A stretch of 64,000 nt of DNA from an uncultured Haloferula sp. (GTDB taxonomy: Bacteria > Verrucomicrobiota > Verrucomicrobiia > Verrucomicrobiales > Akkermansiaceae): contig CBFGTS010000002.1 of NCBI GenBank assembly GCA_965652295.1, positions 256,001 to 320,000 of the forward strand, written 5' to 3'. Below are positions 55,291 through 64,000 of this stretch, piece by piece. The notes under the pieces were generated by a model. It saw only the letters and a program-made list of their open reading frames with translations, was not told the origin of the DNA and did no database searches. Each line of letters starts with the position of its first letter. The stretch's first letter is position 1. Position numbers and translations under genes: made by a program.

Positions 55291-56583
55291 ATGTTCCGCA
55301 CCGCCCTTCTCGCACTTTCCTTCTCCGCCGTCCTCGCCGCCCGCGAGGCACCCTCCCTCCCGGCCGATCCTCATTTCGCCCCCTACTCGCTGGACCCGGC
55401 ACCGGTCGCGGCAGAGCTGGTGTTGAAAAAGGGCGACCGTCTTGCGATCTGCGGCGACTCCATCACCGAGCAGAAGCGTTACTCGCTCATCATGGAGGCC
55501 TACCTCACCGCCTGCGTGCCGGAGCTGGAAGTGACCTGCCGCCAGTATGGCTGGGGTGGCGAAACCGCGGAGGGTTTCCTCAAACGGATGGAGAACGACG
55601 TCCTCCGCTTCGAGCCGGACGTCGCCACCACCTGCTACGGCATGAACGACTTCCGCTACGTGCCCTTCGAGCAAACCATCGCCGACGCCTACGTGCGCAA
55701 TCAGACCGAGGTCGTCCGCAAGTTCAAGCAGGCCGGCTGCGAGGTCGTTCTCGGTTCGCCGGGCATCATCGATGGCGTCCCCCACTGGCAGAACCACCCC
55801 GGCTCCACCCCGCTCAGCCTGAATCAGTCCCTTTCCGAATTCCGCAACCTCGACGTGGCCCTCGCCGCCCGCGAGGAAACCGGCTTCGCCGATGTTTTCC
55901 AGCCCATGCTCATCGCCGATTGGCAGGCGAAAAAGGCGCACGGCCCCGACTTCAAGGTCGCCGGCAAGGACGGCGTCCACCCCGGCTGGGCCGGCCACCT
56001 CACCATGGCTTACGCCTTTCTCAAGGGTCTCGGTTTCGACGGCGACCTCGGCGGCATCACCCTCCACGGTGATCGCGCCCAAGGCAGCGGCGGCCACCAG
56101 GTGAAAGAGTCGGACGGCGGGACGGTCACCATCGTCAGCACCCGTTTCCCCTTCTCTGCCGGCCCCGGCGATCTCGCCAATGACGACAGCCTCCGCGCCG
56201 GTCTCGCGCTCGTGCCCTTCGACGCCGAGCTCAACCGCTTCACTCTGCGGCTCGAGCAACCGTCCGCCGCCCGTTATGCCGTGACCTGGGGTAAGGAAAC
56301 CCGCGAATACGACGCCGCCGAGCTTGAGCAAGGCATCAACCTCGCAGCCGATTTCGTCGAGCACCCGCTGCTCGAACCCTTCCGCAAGGTGTGGGCCGCC
56401 GCCGAGCGGAAGCAGAACTACGAGACCCGCCAGATCAAGGATCTCTTCCACGGCCCCGAGGCCGCGATCGAGATGGAAACCATCGCCGATCTCACGGAAA
56501 AAGTTCACTCGAAACTCGTCGCGCAACTCGCCGAGTCCATGCAACCCGTCGAGCACCAGATCACCGTCAAGGCCCTCCCTTGA
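55291..56583 (+). CDS. Secreted SGNH/GDSL hydrolase
   Basis: Signal peptide; GDSIT, GWGG, YGMND, DGVHP. Confidence 0.88.
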   Translation: MFRTALLALSFSAVLAAREAPSLPADPHFAPYSLDPAPVAAELVLKKGDRLAICGDSITEQKRYSLIMEAYLTACVPELEVTCRQYGWGGETAEGFLKRMENDVLRFEPDVATTCYGMNDFRYVPFEQTIADAYVRNQTEVVRKFKQAGCEVVLGSPGIIDGVPHWQNHPGSTPLSLNQSLSEFRNLDVALAAREETGFADVFQPMLIADWQAKKAHGPDFKVAGKDGVHPGWAGHLTMAYAFLKGLGFDGDLGGITLHGDRAQGSGGHQVKESDGGTVTIVSTRFPFSAGPGDLANDDSLRAGLALVPFDAELNRFTLRLEQPSAARYAVTWGKETREYDAAELEQGINLAADFVEHPLLEPFRKVWAAAERKQNYETRQIKDLFHGPEAAIEMETIADLTEKVHSKLVAQLAESMQPVEHQITVKALP

Positions 56584-57091
56584 CCCGCGACAGCAGCTCC
56601 TCCGCCCGTCCCTCGGACTTCGAGATCACGCTGAACGCGCCATTCGTTTCCAGAATCACGGAGCCGGCCCGGTCGAGACCTCCCAACCCACTCGACCGCA
56701 CGGCCTGGAGGATTTCGTCGCGACTCACCCGCTCACGTTTCATCGTTTTCTCCACGAAGCTGCCGTCGTGAAAGAGCAGCGCCGGCTCGGCACGCGCCAG
56801 CTTCCGCACTGCGGCGGAGCGGACGGAGAGCCAGGTGATCAGGAACTGCAACGCGAGCAACAGGACCAGCGCGGTCACCCCCTCGGCGAGCGAGGTTTGT
56901 TTCGAGAGCATCGTGGTGGCCATGATCGAGCCCAGCGAGATCGTCACCACCAGATCGAAGGCGTTCATCTGTCCCAAACTCCGTTTGCCGGAAATCCGGA
57001 GGGAAAGGAGCAGGACGAGATAGATCGGCAGTCCGATCGCGATGGTCCGCAGGATCGCGCTCCCACTTGAGAAAAACGTGTCGTCTGGCAT
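56567..57091 (-). CDS. DUF421/YetF-family membrane protein
   Basis: RISGKRSLGQMNAFDLVVTISLGS, ILETNG.FSVI. Confidence 0.88.
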   Translation of the reverse strand: MPDDTFFSSGSAILRTIAIGLPIYLVLLLSLRISGKRSLGQMNAFDLVVTISLGSIMATTMLSKQTSLAEGVTALVLLLALQFLITWLSVRSAAVRKLARAEPALLFHDGSFVEKTMKRERVSRDEILQAVRSSGLGGLDRAGSVILETNGAFSVISKSEGRAEELLSRVKGGP

Positions 57092-57437
57092 GAGGGCTTT
57101 TCTTCATGGCAGCGCGGATGCCAGCTCGTCGCGGCCCCCGAAAAGGGACCGACGCGGATGCCGTCATCCCACGGATCGTGCAACCTGCGCTTCCCGCGGC
57201 GCGGGCTGCGCCCTGACCGGTCCTCCGGCATCCCGCTTTTCCCTTGGCGCTGCGGGCACGCCTGCTGCGAAGCCGCGGGCACATCCGATGCCCGAAAACC
57301 AGTCTTCCGAAGCCACTTCCTTTTCGCAGCTCGCACGGCAAGATTTGCTTCGGGGCGGGCACTAGCGCGTGGAACGAAAAAGGGTGCCGACGAGCAAGCC
57401 GTCGACACCCTCTGATGCGTAGGAAAACCTCGGCCGG

Positions 57438-58364
57438 TCAGCGCGCCACCTGCGCGAGCATGTCCTGCAGCGCCTTGGCCGAAGCCTTGAGCGCCTGCTC
57501 TTCTTTCGGCCAGAGCTTCAATTGCAGATGCTTTTCCGCGCCGCCGCGGCCAACGATGGTCGGGACGCTGAGACAGACGTGACGCAGGCCGTAGCAGCCG
57601 TTCTGCAGCGAGGAAACGGGGAGCAACTGCTTGCGGTCGAGCACGATGGCATGGACGGTCTCGGCGATGGTCGCGCCGACGGCCCAGCCAGCACCTCCCT
57701 TGCGGCTGATGACTTCCGCTCCGCTCTTCTTGGTGCGCTCGAAGACCTGGCGCTGGAAATTCGCATCGCAGCCGGGCACCTCGGTCAGCGGCAGGCCACC
57801 GACGGTGGCCGACGACCACACGGGCAACATGCTATCGCCGTGTTCCCCGAGGATCAACGCCCGGACCTGCGTCGGCGCGAGTTGCAATGCCTCGGCGATG
57901 AGTGAGCGGAAGCGCGACGTGTCGAGCATGGTGCCCAGCCCGATGACCTGGTTCGACGGCAGATCGAGGAAGCTGGCGGCAAGGTGCGTGAGGATATCGA
58001 CCGGGTTCGAGACGACGAAAACGATCGCGTCCTTCTTCATGCCCGCGGACTTGATGTCGGCGATGATCTGCGAAAACAGCCCGACGTTGCGCTGGATCAG
58101 ATCGAGGCGGCTCTCGTCGGGCTTGCGCCGCAGCCCCGCGGTGATCACGAAGATATCCGAATCCTTCGCGCGCTCGTAGTCGCCCGAGTAGATCCGTTGG
58201 TCGGCCAGCGCCGCCGCACCGTGCATCAGATCGAGCGCTTCGCCGTCGGCGAGGTCCTTGTTGGCATCGAGAATCTGGATTTCGGAAACGATGCCGGCGC
58301 ACTGGAGACAGAACGCGGCGTTCGATCCGACGCGGCCTCCGCCGCCGATGATGGTCACTTTCAT
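57438..58364 (-). CDS. Lactate/malate dehydrogenase family protein (PV-BMC associated)
   Basis: IIGGGGRVG, ITAG.RRKP.ESRLDL, VSNPVD, GT.LDTSRFR, GEHGDS. Confidence 0.9.
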   Translation of the reverse strand: MKVTIIGGGGRVGSNAAFCLQCAGIVSEIQILDANKDLADGEALDLMHGAAALADQRIYSGDYERAKDSDIFVITAGLRRKPDESRLDLIQRNVGLFSQIIADIKSAGMKKDAIVFVVSNPVDILTHLAASFLDLPSNQVIGLGTMLDTSRFRSLIAEALQLAPTQVRALILGEHGDSMLPVWSSATVGGLPLTEVPGCDANFQRQVFERTKKSGAEVISRKGGAGWAVGATIAETVHAIVLDRKQLLPVSSLQNGCYGLRHVCLSVPTIVGRGGAEKHLQLKLWPKEEQALKASAKALQDMLAQVAR

Positions 58365-58372
58365 GAAAAAAA

Positions 58373-59443
58373 CTAGCTGTTGAGTTGTTTGAGGATCTCC
58401 TGCGTCACGGCCGAAACCATGGCCTCGGCATCGGGATTCGGAGCCGTGGATGAAGCGGGCGCGGCGGTCGGCACCTGGCAGACGACGCCCGGACGGAATT
58501 CCGAGTTGTCGCAGAGTTCGCATTCCTTCCAGCCCGCGCGTTTGTCTTCCATGCCGAGCTGGCCGCGGAGGTCGATGAGTTCCTTGGCCTGACTGCCGGT
58601 GATGGTAAGCAGGTCGCGGCCCTTGAGCTGGGTGGCGAGCAGCACCGTCTGGCAATAGGCGTCGGTGTTCTCCATTTTCCAATACGCATCCTCGATGTCC
58701 TTGCCCCAGCAAATCACGCCGTGGTTGAGCATCAGGACGGACATGTGGTTGACGGCTTCCTCACCGATGATGTCGGCATTCGCCGGAGTGCCGGGCGTGC
58801 GGTATTCAGCCATGCCGATTTCCCCGAGGAAGACCTCCGCTTCGGGAATCATGCAGGTCGGTGGGCGGACGCCGGCCACGGCGAATGCCCCGGCGTGCGG
58901 CGGGTGGGCGTGGCAGCAGGCCTTGGCCTTCGGCTGGCGCTTCATGATGCCGAGGTGGGTCAGACACTCGCTGGTGCGCTTGAATTTCCCGGCGAGCTGG
59001 TTGCCGTCCATGTCGATCAACGCCATCTGCTCGGGCTTCATGAAACCCTTCGAAACGAGCGTGGGCGTGCAGAGCACGAGGTTGTCGCCGACGCGGACGG
59101 TGAGGTTGCCGCCGTTGCCATCGGTATAGCCACGTTGCCACATCCGCTGGCCCATCTCGCACATCCGGACCTTGATCGCCTCGATCTCCGGGGAACGGAA
59201 GAACGCCTGGATCTCCGCCGGTGTCTTCGGGTCCTGTCCGGGCGCCCAGCGGAACTCGTAATCAGGTACGACGGGTGCCGTATTTTCCACCGGGCTGGCG
59301 GCCGATCGGCCCGCCGGTTTCTTCGCCCCGCGCAACGCGTCCCGGGCCGAGGGGGTGAGGACCGCGCCGGCGGGGATCGCCTCGGCTCCCTTGCCCTGCC
59401 GCAGCAGCGTTTCCACGTCCTTGCCTGTGAATACCTTCTTCAT
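58373..59443 (-). CDS. Class II aldolase (fuculose/rhamnulose-1-phosphate aldolase-like; PV-BMC signature enzyme) with C-terminal encapsulation peptide
   Basis: GGNLTVR, TPT..SKG, TSE..H, HAHP, NHG; C-terminal AMVSAVTQEILKQL. Confidence 0.88.
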   Translation of the reverse strand: MKKVFTGKDVETLLRQGKGAEAIPAGAVLTPSARDALRGAKKPAGRSAASPVENTAPVVPDYEFRWAPGQDPKTPAEIQAFFRSPEIEAIKVRMCEMGQRMWQRGYTDGNGGNLTVRVGDNLVLCTPTLVSKGFMKPEQMALIDMDGNQLAGKFKRTSECLTHLGIMKRQPKAKACCHAHPPHAGAFAVAGVRPPTCMIPEAEVFLGEIGMAEYRTPGTPANADIIGEEAVNHMSVLMLNHGVICWGKDIEDAYWKMENTDAYCQTVLLATQLKGRDLLTITGSQAKELIDLRGQLGMEDKRAGWKECELCDNSEFRPGVVCQVPTAAPASSTAPNPDAEAMVSAVTQEILKQLNS

Positions 59444-59454
59444 GAGTGTTCGTT

Positions 59455-59760
59455 TCAGCCCGCGTGCGGGCGGTGATGGATTTGATCGAAAATCGCCACG
59501 GTGATCGCATCGACCGGGGTCGGCCGGTCGAATGGAGCGGTGGCTTCCGCGCCCTCGACGAAGCCGACGATGTCGTGAAGTCCCGCTCCGAGCTGGTCGT
59601 AGACGATGAGCGAGGGGAGCTTCGAGAGCGGCGGCGGGGTGTCGCAGGCGGTGTTGAGATGCGTGGCATCCACCGGGCTGATCACGAGCCAGCGCGCGCC
59701 TTTGAACCCGGCGTCCTGGCGGTTCATGGTGGCCTTGCCGATGACTTGTCCGATGCGCAT
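59455..59760 (-). CDS. BMC pentameric vertex protein (EutN/CcmL family)
   Basis: MRIGQVIG, YDQLGAG, EG.EA, PVDA..VAIFD. Confidence 0.85.
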   Translation of the reverse strand: MRIGQVIGKATMNRQDAGFKGARWLVISPVDATHLNTACDTPPPLSKLPSLIVYDQLGAGLHDIVGFVEGAEATAPFDRPTPVDAITVAIFDQIHHRPHAG

Positions 59761-59761
59761 A

Positions 59762-60022
59762 TCAGTCGTCGAGGACGCCTTGGATGAAATTGCGGATCGG
59801 CGAGTGTTCGTCATGGACGATGCCGCGGGCGGCGATGCCATCGGTGCTGACGAAAACGCGCTGATGCAGTCCTGCGTTGAAATGATCGATCGCCACGAAG
59901 GGCGGCTCGGAGGTCGCGGTGCCATCGGCCTCCTCACGCTGACACAGCTTCAGGGAAGAACCCTTGAGGCTGGGATGGGCGCATGTGGCCACGGCATTTC
60001 CCACGATCCGGCAGAGCAGCAT
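59762..60022 (-). CDS. BMC pentameric vertex protein (EutN/CcmL family)
   Basis: MLLCRIVG..VAT..H.SL.G, VAID.FNAG, DG.AAR, SPIR..I.GVLD. Confidence 0.85.
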   Translation of the reverse strand: MLLCRIVGNAVATCAHPSLKGSSLKLCQREEADGTATSEPPFVAIDHFNAGLHQRVFVSTDGIAARGIVHDEHSPIRNFIQGVLDD

Positions 60023-60027
60023 GGCGA

Positions 60028-61524
60028 TCAGATGATGCGGAGGTTTTCCACCATCACGCAGCGCCGGATGCGGGTGAAGGTCTTCGGGGTGGTGATGCCC
60101 TCGCCGGTGGTGGTGGCGATCGAATAGCTCAGGTAGCCCTCGCCGCCGAGGCCGAGGCCGGTGACGCATGCGCCGTTCTTGACGAAGATGGTGGTGTCCA
60201 TCTCGCGCGCCATATGGGTCATGTGATCGACGTTGGTCGAGTGGATGATCGCCGAGTGGCGGTAGTTGTGCTCGGCGCGCTTCGCTTCGCGGACGGCGGT
60301 CTCGAAGTCCGGCACTGAAACGATCGGCAGCATGGGCATCATCTGCTCCTTCTGCACGTAGGGGTGATCCGCATCGGTTTCGGCGAAGAGCAGCTCGCAC
60401 TTGTCGGCGACGCTCGCGCCGGCCTTTTGAGCCAGGACGGTCGCATCGGCACCGATGAGTTCGCGGTTGAGCACCGCTTGGGCACAGCCGCCACCTTTGC
60501 CTTCCTTGATCGTGAAAGCCTCGGCCGTGAGGCGGTCGAGCTGGGCCTTGTTGAGGCGGGCGGCTCCTGCCTTTTCCAGCTCCTCCATGAAGCGGCTGAA
60601 CACGGAGCCGACGACGAACACGACCTTCTCGCCGATGCACAGCAGGTTGTTGTCGAAAGCCGCGCCTTCGATCACCGCGCGGGCGGCCTTGGCGAGATTG
60701 GCGGTTTCATCGACGACAACCACCGGGTTGCCGGGGCCGGCACAGATCGAGCGCTTGCCGGACTTCATCGCCGCTTGCACGACGGCCGGACCACCGGTGA
60801 TGGCCATGATCGCGATCTGCTCGTTCTTGCAAATCAGGTCGAAGGACTCGAGCGATGGCTCCTCGATCGTGCAGATGAGGTTTTCGATGCCCAGTTCGCG
60901 CTTGATGGCGCGGTTGTATTCGCGGACGGCCAGGGCGGCGCTCTTCGCACCACCGGGGTGCGGGTTGAAAACGACCGAATTGCCGGCGGCGACCATGTTG
61001 ATGACGTTGCCGGTCAGCGTGGGCACCGAGTGGGTCACGGGCAGGATCGCGCCGACGACGCCGAAGGGGGCGTATTCCTCGAGCATGATGCCGGAGTCGC
61101 CGCTCATCGCGTCCGGCCGCAGCCACTCGACGCCGGGCACGCGGTCCATGATGTCGAGCTTGGCGATCTTGTGGTCGAGCCGGCCGATCTTCGTCTCGGC
61201 GAGTTCGAAACGGCCCCACTCCTCCTTGTTGGCGGCGCAGACGCCCTTGACGATATCGATCGCGCGGCGGCGGCCTTCGACTCCGAGCTTGCGGAGTTTC
61301 AGGAAGGCATCGTTGGCGGCTTCGGCGGCGAGATCGACACAGCCGAACACGCCCTCTTTTCCCGAGCCGCTGCCATTGCAGGCGCAGCCGCAGGATTTCC
61401 CGTCGGCGGGCTTGGCGGCAACGCGGGCGGGCGATGGAGCAGGTGCGGGCGCGGGAGCCTTGCCGAGATCGGCAAGCACCCTTTCCACCACGCCGCGCAG
61501 GGCGTCTTGATCGAGAGTTTTCAT
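60028..61524 (-). CDS. CoA-acylating aldehyde dehydrogenase (EutE/PduP type) with N-terminal encapsulation peptide
   Basis: PFGVVGAI.PVTH, AAGN.VVF.PHP, TGGP.VV, AGPGNP, FDNNLLCIGEK, EQMMP, TTTGEG. Confidence 0.92.
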   Translation of the reverse strand: MKTLDQDALRGVVERVLADLGKAPAPAPAPSPARVAAKPADGKSCGCACNGSGSGKEGVFGCVDLAAEAANDAFLKLRKLGVEGRRRAIDIVKGVCAANKEEWGRFELAETKIGRLDHKIAKLDIMDRVPGVEWLRPDAMSGDSGIMLEEYAPFGVVGAILPVTHSVPTLTGNVINMVAAGNSVVFNPHPGGAKSAALAVREYNRAIKRELGIENLICTIEEPSLESFDLICKNEQIAIMAITGGPAVVQAAMKSGKRSICAGPGNPVVVVDETANLAKAARAVIEGAAFDNNLLCIGEKVVFVVGSVFSRFMEELEKAGAARLNKAQLDRLTAEAFTIKEGKGGGCAQAVLNRELIGADATVLAQKAGASVADKCELLFAETDADHPYVQKEQMMPMLPIVSVPDFETAVREAKRAEHNYRHSAIIHSTNVDHMTHMAREMDTTIFVKNGACVTGLGLGGEGYLSYSIATTTGEGITTPKTFTRIRRCVMVENLRII

Positions 61525-61559
61525 GCTATCAGGAACGATCTAACCGTAGATGACTTCGC

Positions 61560-61871
61560 TTAGCTGGATTTGCCGTGGATGCGTTTGCCGAGGACGTCGA
61601 CGCTGTCGACGATGGCGACCACGGCCGCATCGACGGGGAGCGTTTTCATGCCCTCGGCCTGCCTTGCGGAGCTGCCCTGGCAGAACATGACCAGATCGCC
61701 CTCGCCGGCACCGACCGTATCGACGGACACGATCGTATTGCTGCCGGGCCTGAAACGCGCGGGGTCGCTCTCGTCCACCAGCATCGGGCGCAACAGGAGG
61801 AGCTTGCGCCCCTTCATGCTGTCGTCCTTCCGGGTGGCCACGACCTGGCCGATGACTTCCGCCAGAAACAT
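61560..61871 (-). CDS. BMC pentameric vertex protein (EutN/CcmL family)
   Basis: VIGQVVATRKD, VDTVGAGEG, QGSSAR, PVDA.VVAIVD. Confidence 0.92.
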   Translation of the reverse strand: MFLAEVIGQVVATRKDDSMKGRKLLLLRPMLVDESDPARFRPGSNTIVSVDTVGAGEGDLVMFCQGSSARQAEGMKTLPVDAAVVAIVDSVDVLGKRIHGKSS

Positions 61872-61883
61872 TTTCCGAGCGGG

Positions 61884-62183
61884 TTATTTCTTCGCGGCGG
61901 GCTTCTTGGGACCCGAAACGATGCCATCGGTGGCGTCGTCGGGACGGGCGATGACGTGCGCGCTGACCACGTCGCCCAGCTGGGCGGCGGCGTCGGCGGC
62001 GGCATCGATGCCGGCCTTCACCGCTGCGACGTCGCCGACGATGACGGCGTTGCAAAGGGCGGAGCCGACGTTTTTCATCGGCCCGGCGAGGCGGACGTTG
62101 GCGGACTTGAGAGCCGCGTCGATGCCGGTCACGAGGCAGCAAAGGCCGCGCGTTTCAATGAGTCCGAGTGCTTCTTTAGCCAT
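61884..62183 (-). CDS. BMC hexameric shell protein (BMC-H)
   Basis: ALGLIETRG, DAALKSANV, GDVAAVKA, HVIARP. Confidence 0.92.
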   Translation of the reverse strand: MAKEALGLIETRGLCCLVTGIDAALKSANVRLAGPMKNVGSALCNAVIVGDVAAVKAGIDAAADAAAQLGDVVSAHVIARPDDATDGIVSGPKKPAAKK

Positions 62184-62219
62184 GGTGGTATTCGGTTGGA
62201 GGTTCGTTGAGAGTTGGAT

Positions 62220-63392
62220 TCAGGAAAGTTTGCGGAAGACTTCGCGGGCGAGGACAAGTTCCTCGTTGGCGGGGATGACGAAGACTTTGACGCGGGAATC
62301 GGCGGCGCTGATCTCGGCTTCGGTGGCGCGGCAGGCGGCGTTCTTTTCCGGATCGAGTTTGAGCCCGAAGCCTTCGAGTCCCCGGCAGACCGCCTCGCGG
62401 AGAGGTGGGCCGTTTTCGCCGATGCCGGCGGTGAAGGTCAGGGCATCGAGCCCGCCGAGATCGAAGAGAAAGGAGGATGCCCAGCGACGGATTTCGTGGA
62501 CGAGGACATCGAGTGCGAGCTGGGCGTCGGCATTGCCGGCATGCGCGGCTTCGTTGACATCGCGGATGTCATTGCTGACGCCGGAGATTCCGAGCAGGCC
62601 GGACTCCTGGGTGAGCTGGCGCTCGATTTCCTCAAGGTCGAGACCGAGGGTTTTCTGGGCATAGGGAATCGCGCCGGAGTCGAGGTCGCCCACGCGGTTG
62701 TTCTGCGGGAGGCCGCTCTGGGGCGAGAACCCCATGCTGGTGCCGATGGCGACGCCATCGCGGATGCCCGTGACCGAGCTGCTACCACCGAGGTGGCAGG
62801 AGATGACGCGCAGCGGATTCTCCACCGGCCGCGGGCCGTCCTGATAGAGCGAGCGGACGGATTCGGCGACGTCCCCGCGGCCGAGCAGCTCGGCGGAGCG
62901 CTCGGCGACGAATTTGTGGCTGGCACCGTGGAAGCCGTAGCGGCGGATGCCGGCTTCGTGCCAGGCCTTGGGCACCGCATAGCGCGAGGCAGCCTCGGGC
63001 ACCCACTGGTAGAAGGCGGTTTCGAAGAGTGCAATCAGCCGCGCCTTCGGCAGCAGTCGCGAGAACTGACGGATACCCGCCGCGTAGGGCGGGTTGTGCG
63101 CGGGTGCCACGGCGGCGAAGCCATCAAGTGCGTCGAGCACCCGCTGGTCCGCCTCCACGCAGCCGCTCAGGTTCCGGCCGAGCACGGTTTTGAAACCGAC
63201 GGCATCGATGTCCTCGCGGGACCCGATCACACCGCCGGACTCCAGCTCGGACAGCGCGGCCTCGATCGTTTCGCCATGATCAGTGACCCGCTCGAATCCG
63301 CCCTGCGCCAACACGCGACCGTCCCCCGCCTCCATTTCGAAGAGGCGGTATTTGAACGAGGTCGAGCCGAGGTTGGCGATCAGGACGAGCAT
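62220..63392 (-). CDS. ackA: Acetate/propionate kinase (BMC associated)
   Basis: NLGSTSFKY, APAHNP, RRYGFHGASH, CHLGGSSS, TSMGFSP, GLLGISG.S.D.RD, FTAGIGEN, PANEE. Confidence 0.9.
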   Translation of the reverse strand: MLVLIANLGSTSFKYRLFEMEAGDGRVLAQGGFERVTDHGETIEAALSELESGGVIGSREDIDAVGFKTVLGRNLSGCVEADQRVLDALDGFAAVAPAHNPPYAAGIRQFSRLLPKARLIALFETAFYQWVPEAASRYAVPKAWHEAGIRRYGFHGASHKFVAERSAELLGRGDVAESVRSLYQDGPRPVENPLRVISCHLGGSSSVTGIRDGVAIGTSMGFSPQSGLPQNNRVGDLDSGAIPYAQKTLGLDLEEIERQLTQESGLLGISGVSNDIRDVNEAAHAGNADAQLALDVLVHEIRRWASSFLFDLGGLDALTFTAGIGENGPPLREAVCRGLEGFGLKLDPEKNAACRATEAEISAADSRVKVFVIPANEELVLAREVFRKLS

Positions 63393-63413
63393 GAGCCGGG
63401 AAACCGATCGAGG

Positions 63414-63689
63414 TCAGGCGAAGGGAACGAAGCCTTCGAGGTCGTCGTGCGGACGCGGAAGGACCTGCACGGAGGTCACCTCGCCGACTTGCGCGGCGGC
63501 TTCGGCGGCGGCATCGATGCCGGCCTTCACCGCGGCGACGTCGCCGGCGAAGAAGCCGGTGACCATGCCGGAGCCGATCTTGGTCCAGCCGACCATGGTG
63601 ATGTCGGCGGACTTCAGCGCGGCGTCGGCGCCTTCGATGAGGGACACGAGGCCCTTCGTTTCGAGAATTCCAAGTGCTTGTTTGGCCAT
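63414..63689 (-). CDS. BMC hexameric shell protein (BMC-H)
   Basis: ALGILETKG, ADAALKSA, GDVAAVKA, VLPRPH. Confidence 0.93.
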   Translation of the reverse strand: MAKQALGILETKGLVSLIEGADAALKSADITMVGWTKIGSGMVTGFFAGDVAAVKAGIDAAAEAAAQVGEVTSVQVLPRPHDDLEGFVPFA

Positions 63690-63718
63690 GATGATGGGGT
63701 GGTTGGAAAGTTGCGGGA

Positions 63719-63991
63719 TCAGGAGAGACCGAACTGCTTCAGCAGGTCCGTGTGCGGGCGGGCGATGACGTGGGCGGAGACCAGTTCGCCGACGCGGCCG
63801 GCAGCTTCGGCTCCGGCATCGACGGCGGCCTTCACGCCTCCGACGTCCCCTTGCACGAGGATGGTCAGGAAGCCGCCACCGATCTGGACTTGCTTCACGA
63901 CGGTCACGTTGGCGGCTTTGGCCATCGCATCGGCGGCCTCCACGTTGCCCACGTAGCCCTTCGTCTCAATCATTCCGAGTGCTTGGCTCAT
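63719..63991 (-). CDS. BMC hexameric shell protein (BMC-H)
   Basis: [36 protein letters not shown]. Confidence 0.94.
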   Translation of the reverse strand: MSQALGMIETKGYVGNVEAADAMAKAANVTVVKQVQIGGGFLTILVQGDVGGVKAAVDAGAEAAGRVGELVSAHVIARPHTDLLKQFGLS

Positions 63992-64000
63992 GTTGTTTGG

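Noticed and set aside
57092..57437. GC-rich intergenic region with possible hairpins or small ORFs downstream of the BMC operon
   Set aside because: No convincing ncRNA family signature or coding signal by eye.

Overview
High-GC bacterial chromosomal window whose gene content suggests Verrucomicrobiota (Luteolibacter/Haloferula-like; inference). Positions ~1-33 kb are mostly housekeeping: a RluA-family synthase, a RodA/FtsW protein, tRNA-fMet, a Ser/Thr kinase, araB, two secreted beta-glucanase-like glycoside hydrolases, rhaM, acpS-pdxJ-purH, tRNA-Pro, rpsP-prfA, mnmA, an exported ClpP-like peptidase, mreBCD-mrdA-rne and a 5'-nucleotidase. Positions ~48.7-64 kb hold a M20 dipeptidase, a glgA-like gene, a metalloprotease, a SGNH esterase and the 3' part of a Planctomycete/Verrucomicrobia (PV) fucose/rhamnose microcompartment operon. 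The main discovery candidate is a compositionally distinct ~15 kb island (~33.1-48.7 kb). It centres on a ~2100-aa Rhs/YD-repeat toxin plus a probable immunity gene. Around these are five genes with about seven glycosyltransferase-like or related domains (GT25, GT90 fused to DUF3431, a GT77-like nucleotide-diphospho-sugar transferase, orphan DxD-type proteins) and a plant-type DUF579 glycan O-methyltransferase, with no polysaccharide export genes. The Rhs shell itself looks segment-permuted: the normally N-terminal DUF6531-like motif lies ~600 aa inside, after a block of YD repeats, and the junctions are filled with Ser/Gly-rich linkers. Hypothesis: a glycosylated, topologically rearranged Rhs toxin cage with a dedicated O-glycosylation/methylation pathway. 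All family calls come from motif recognition by eye; no searches were run.
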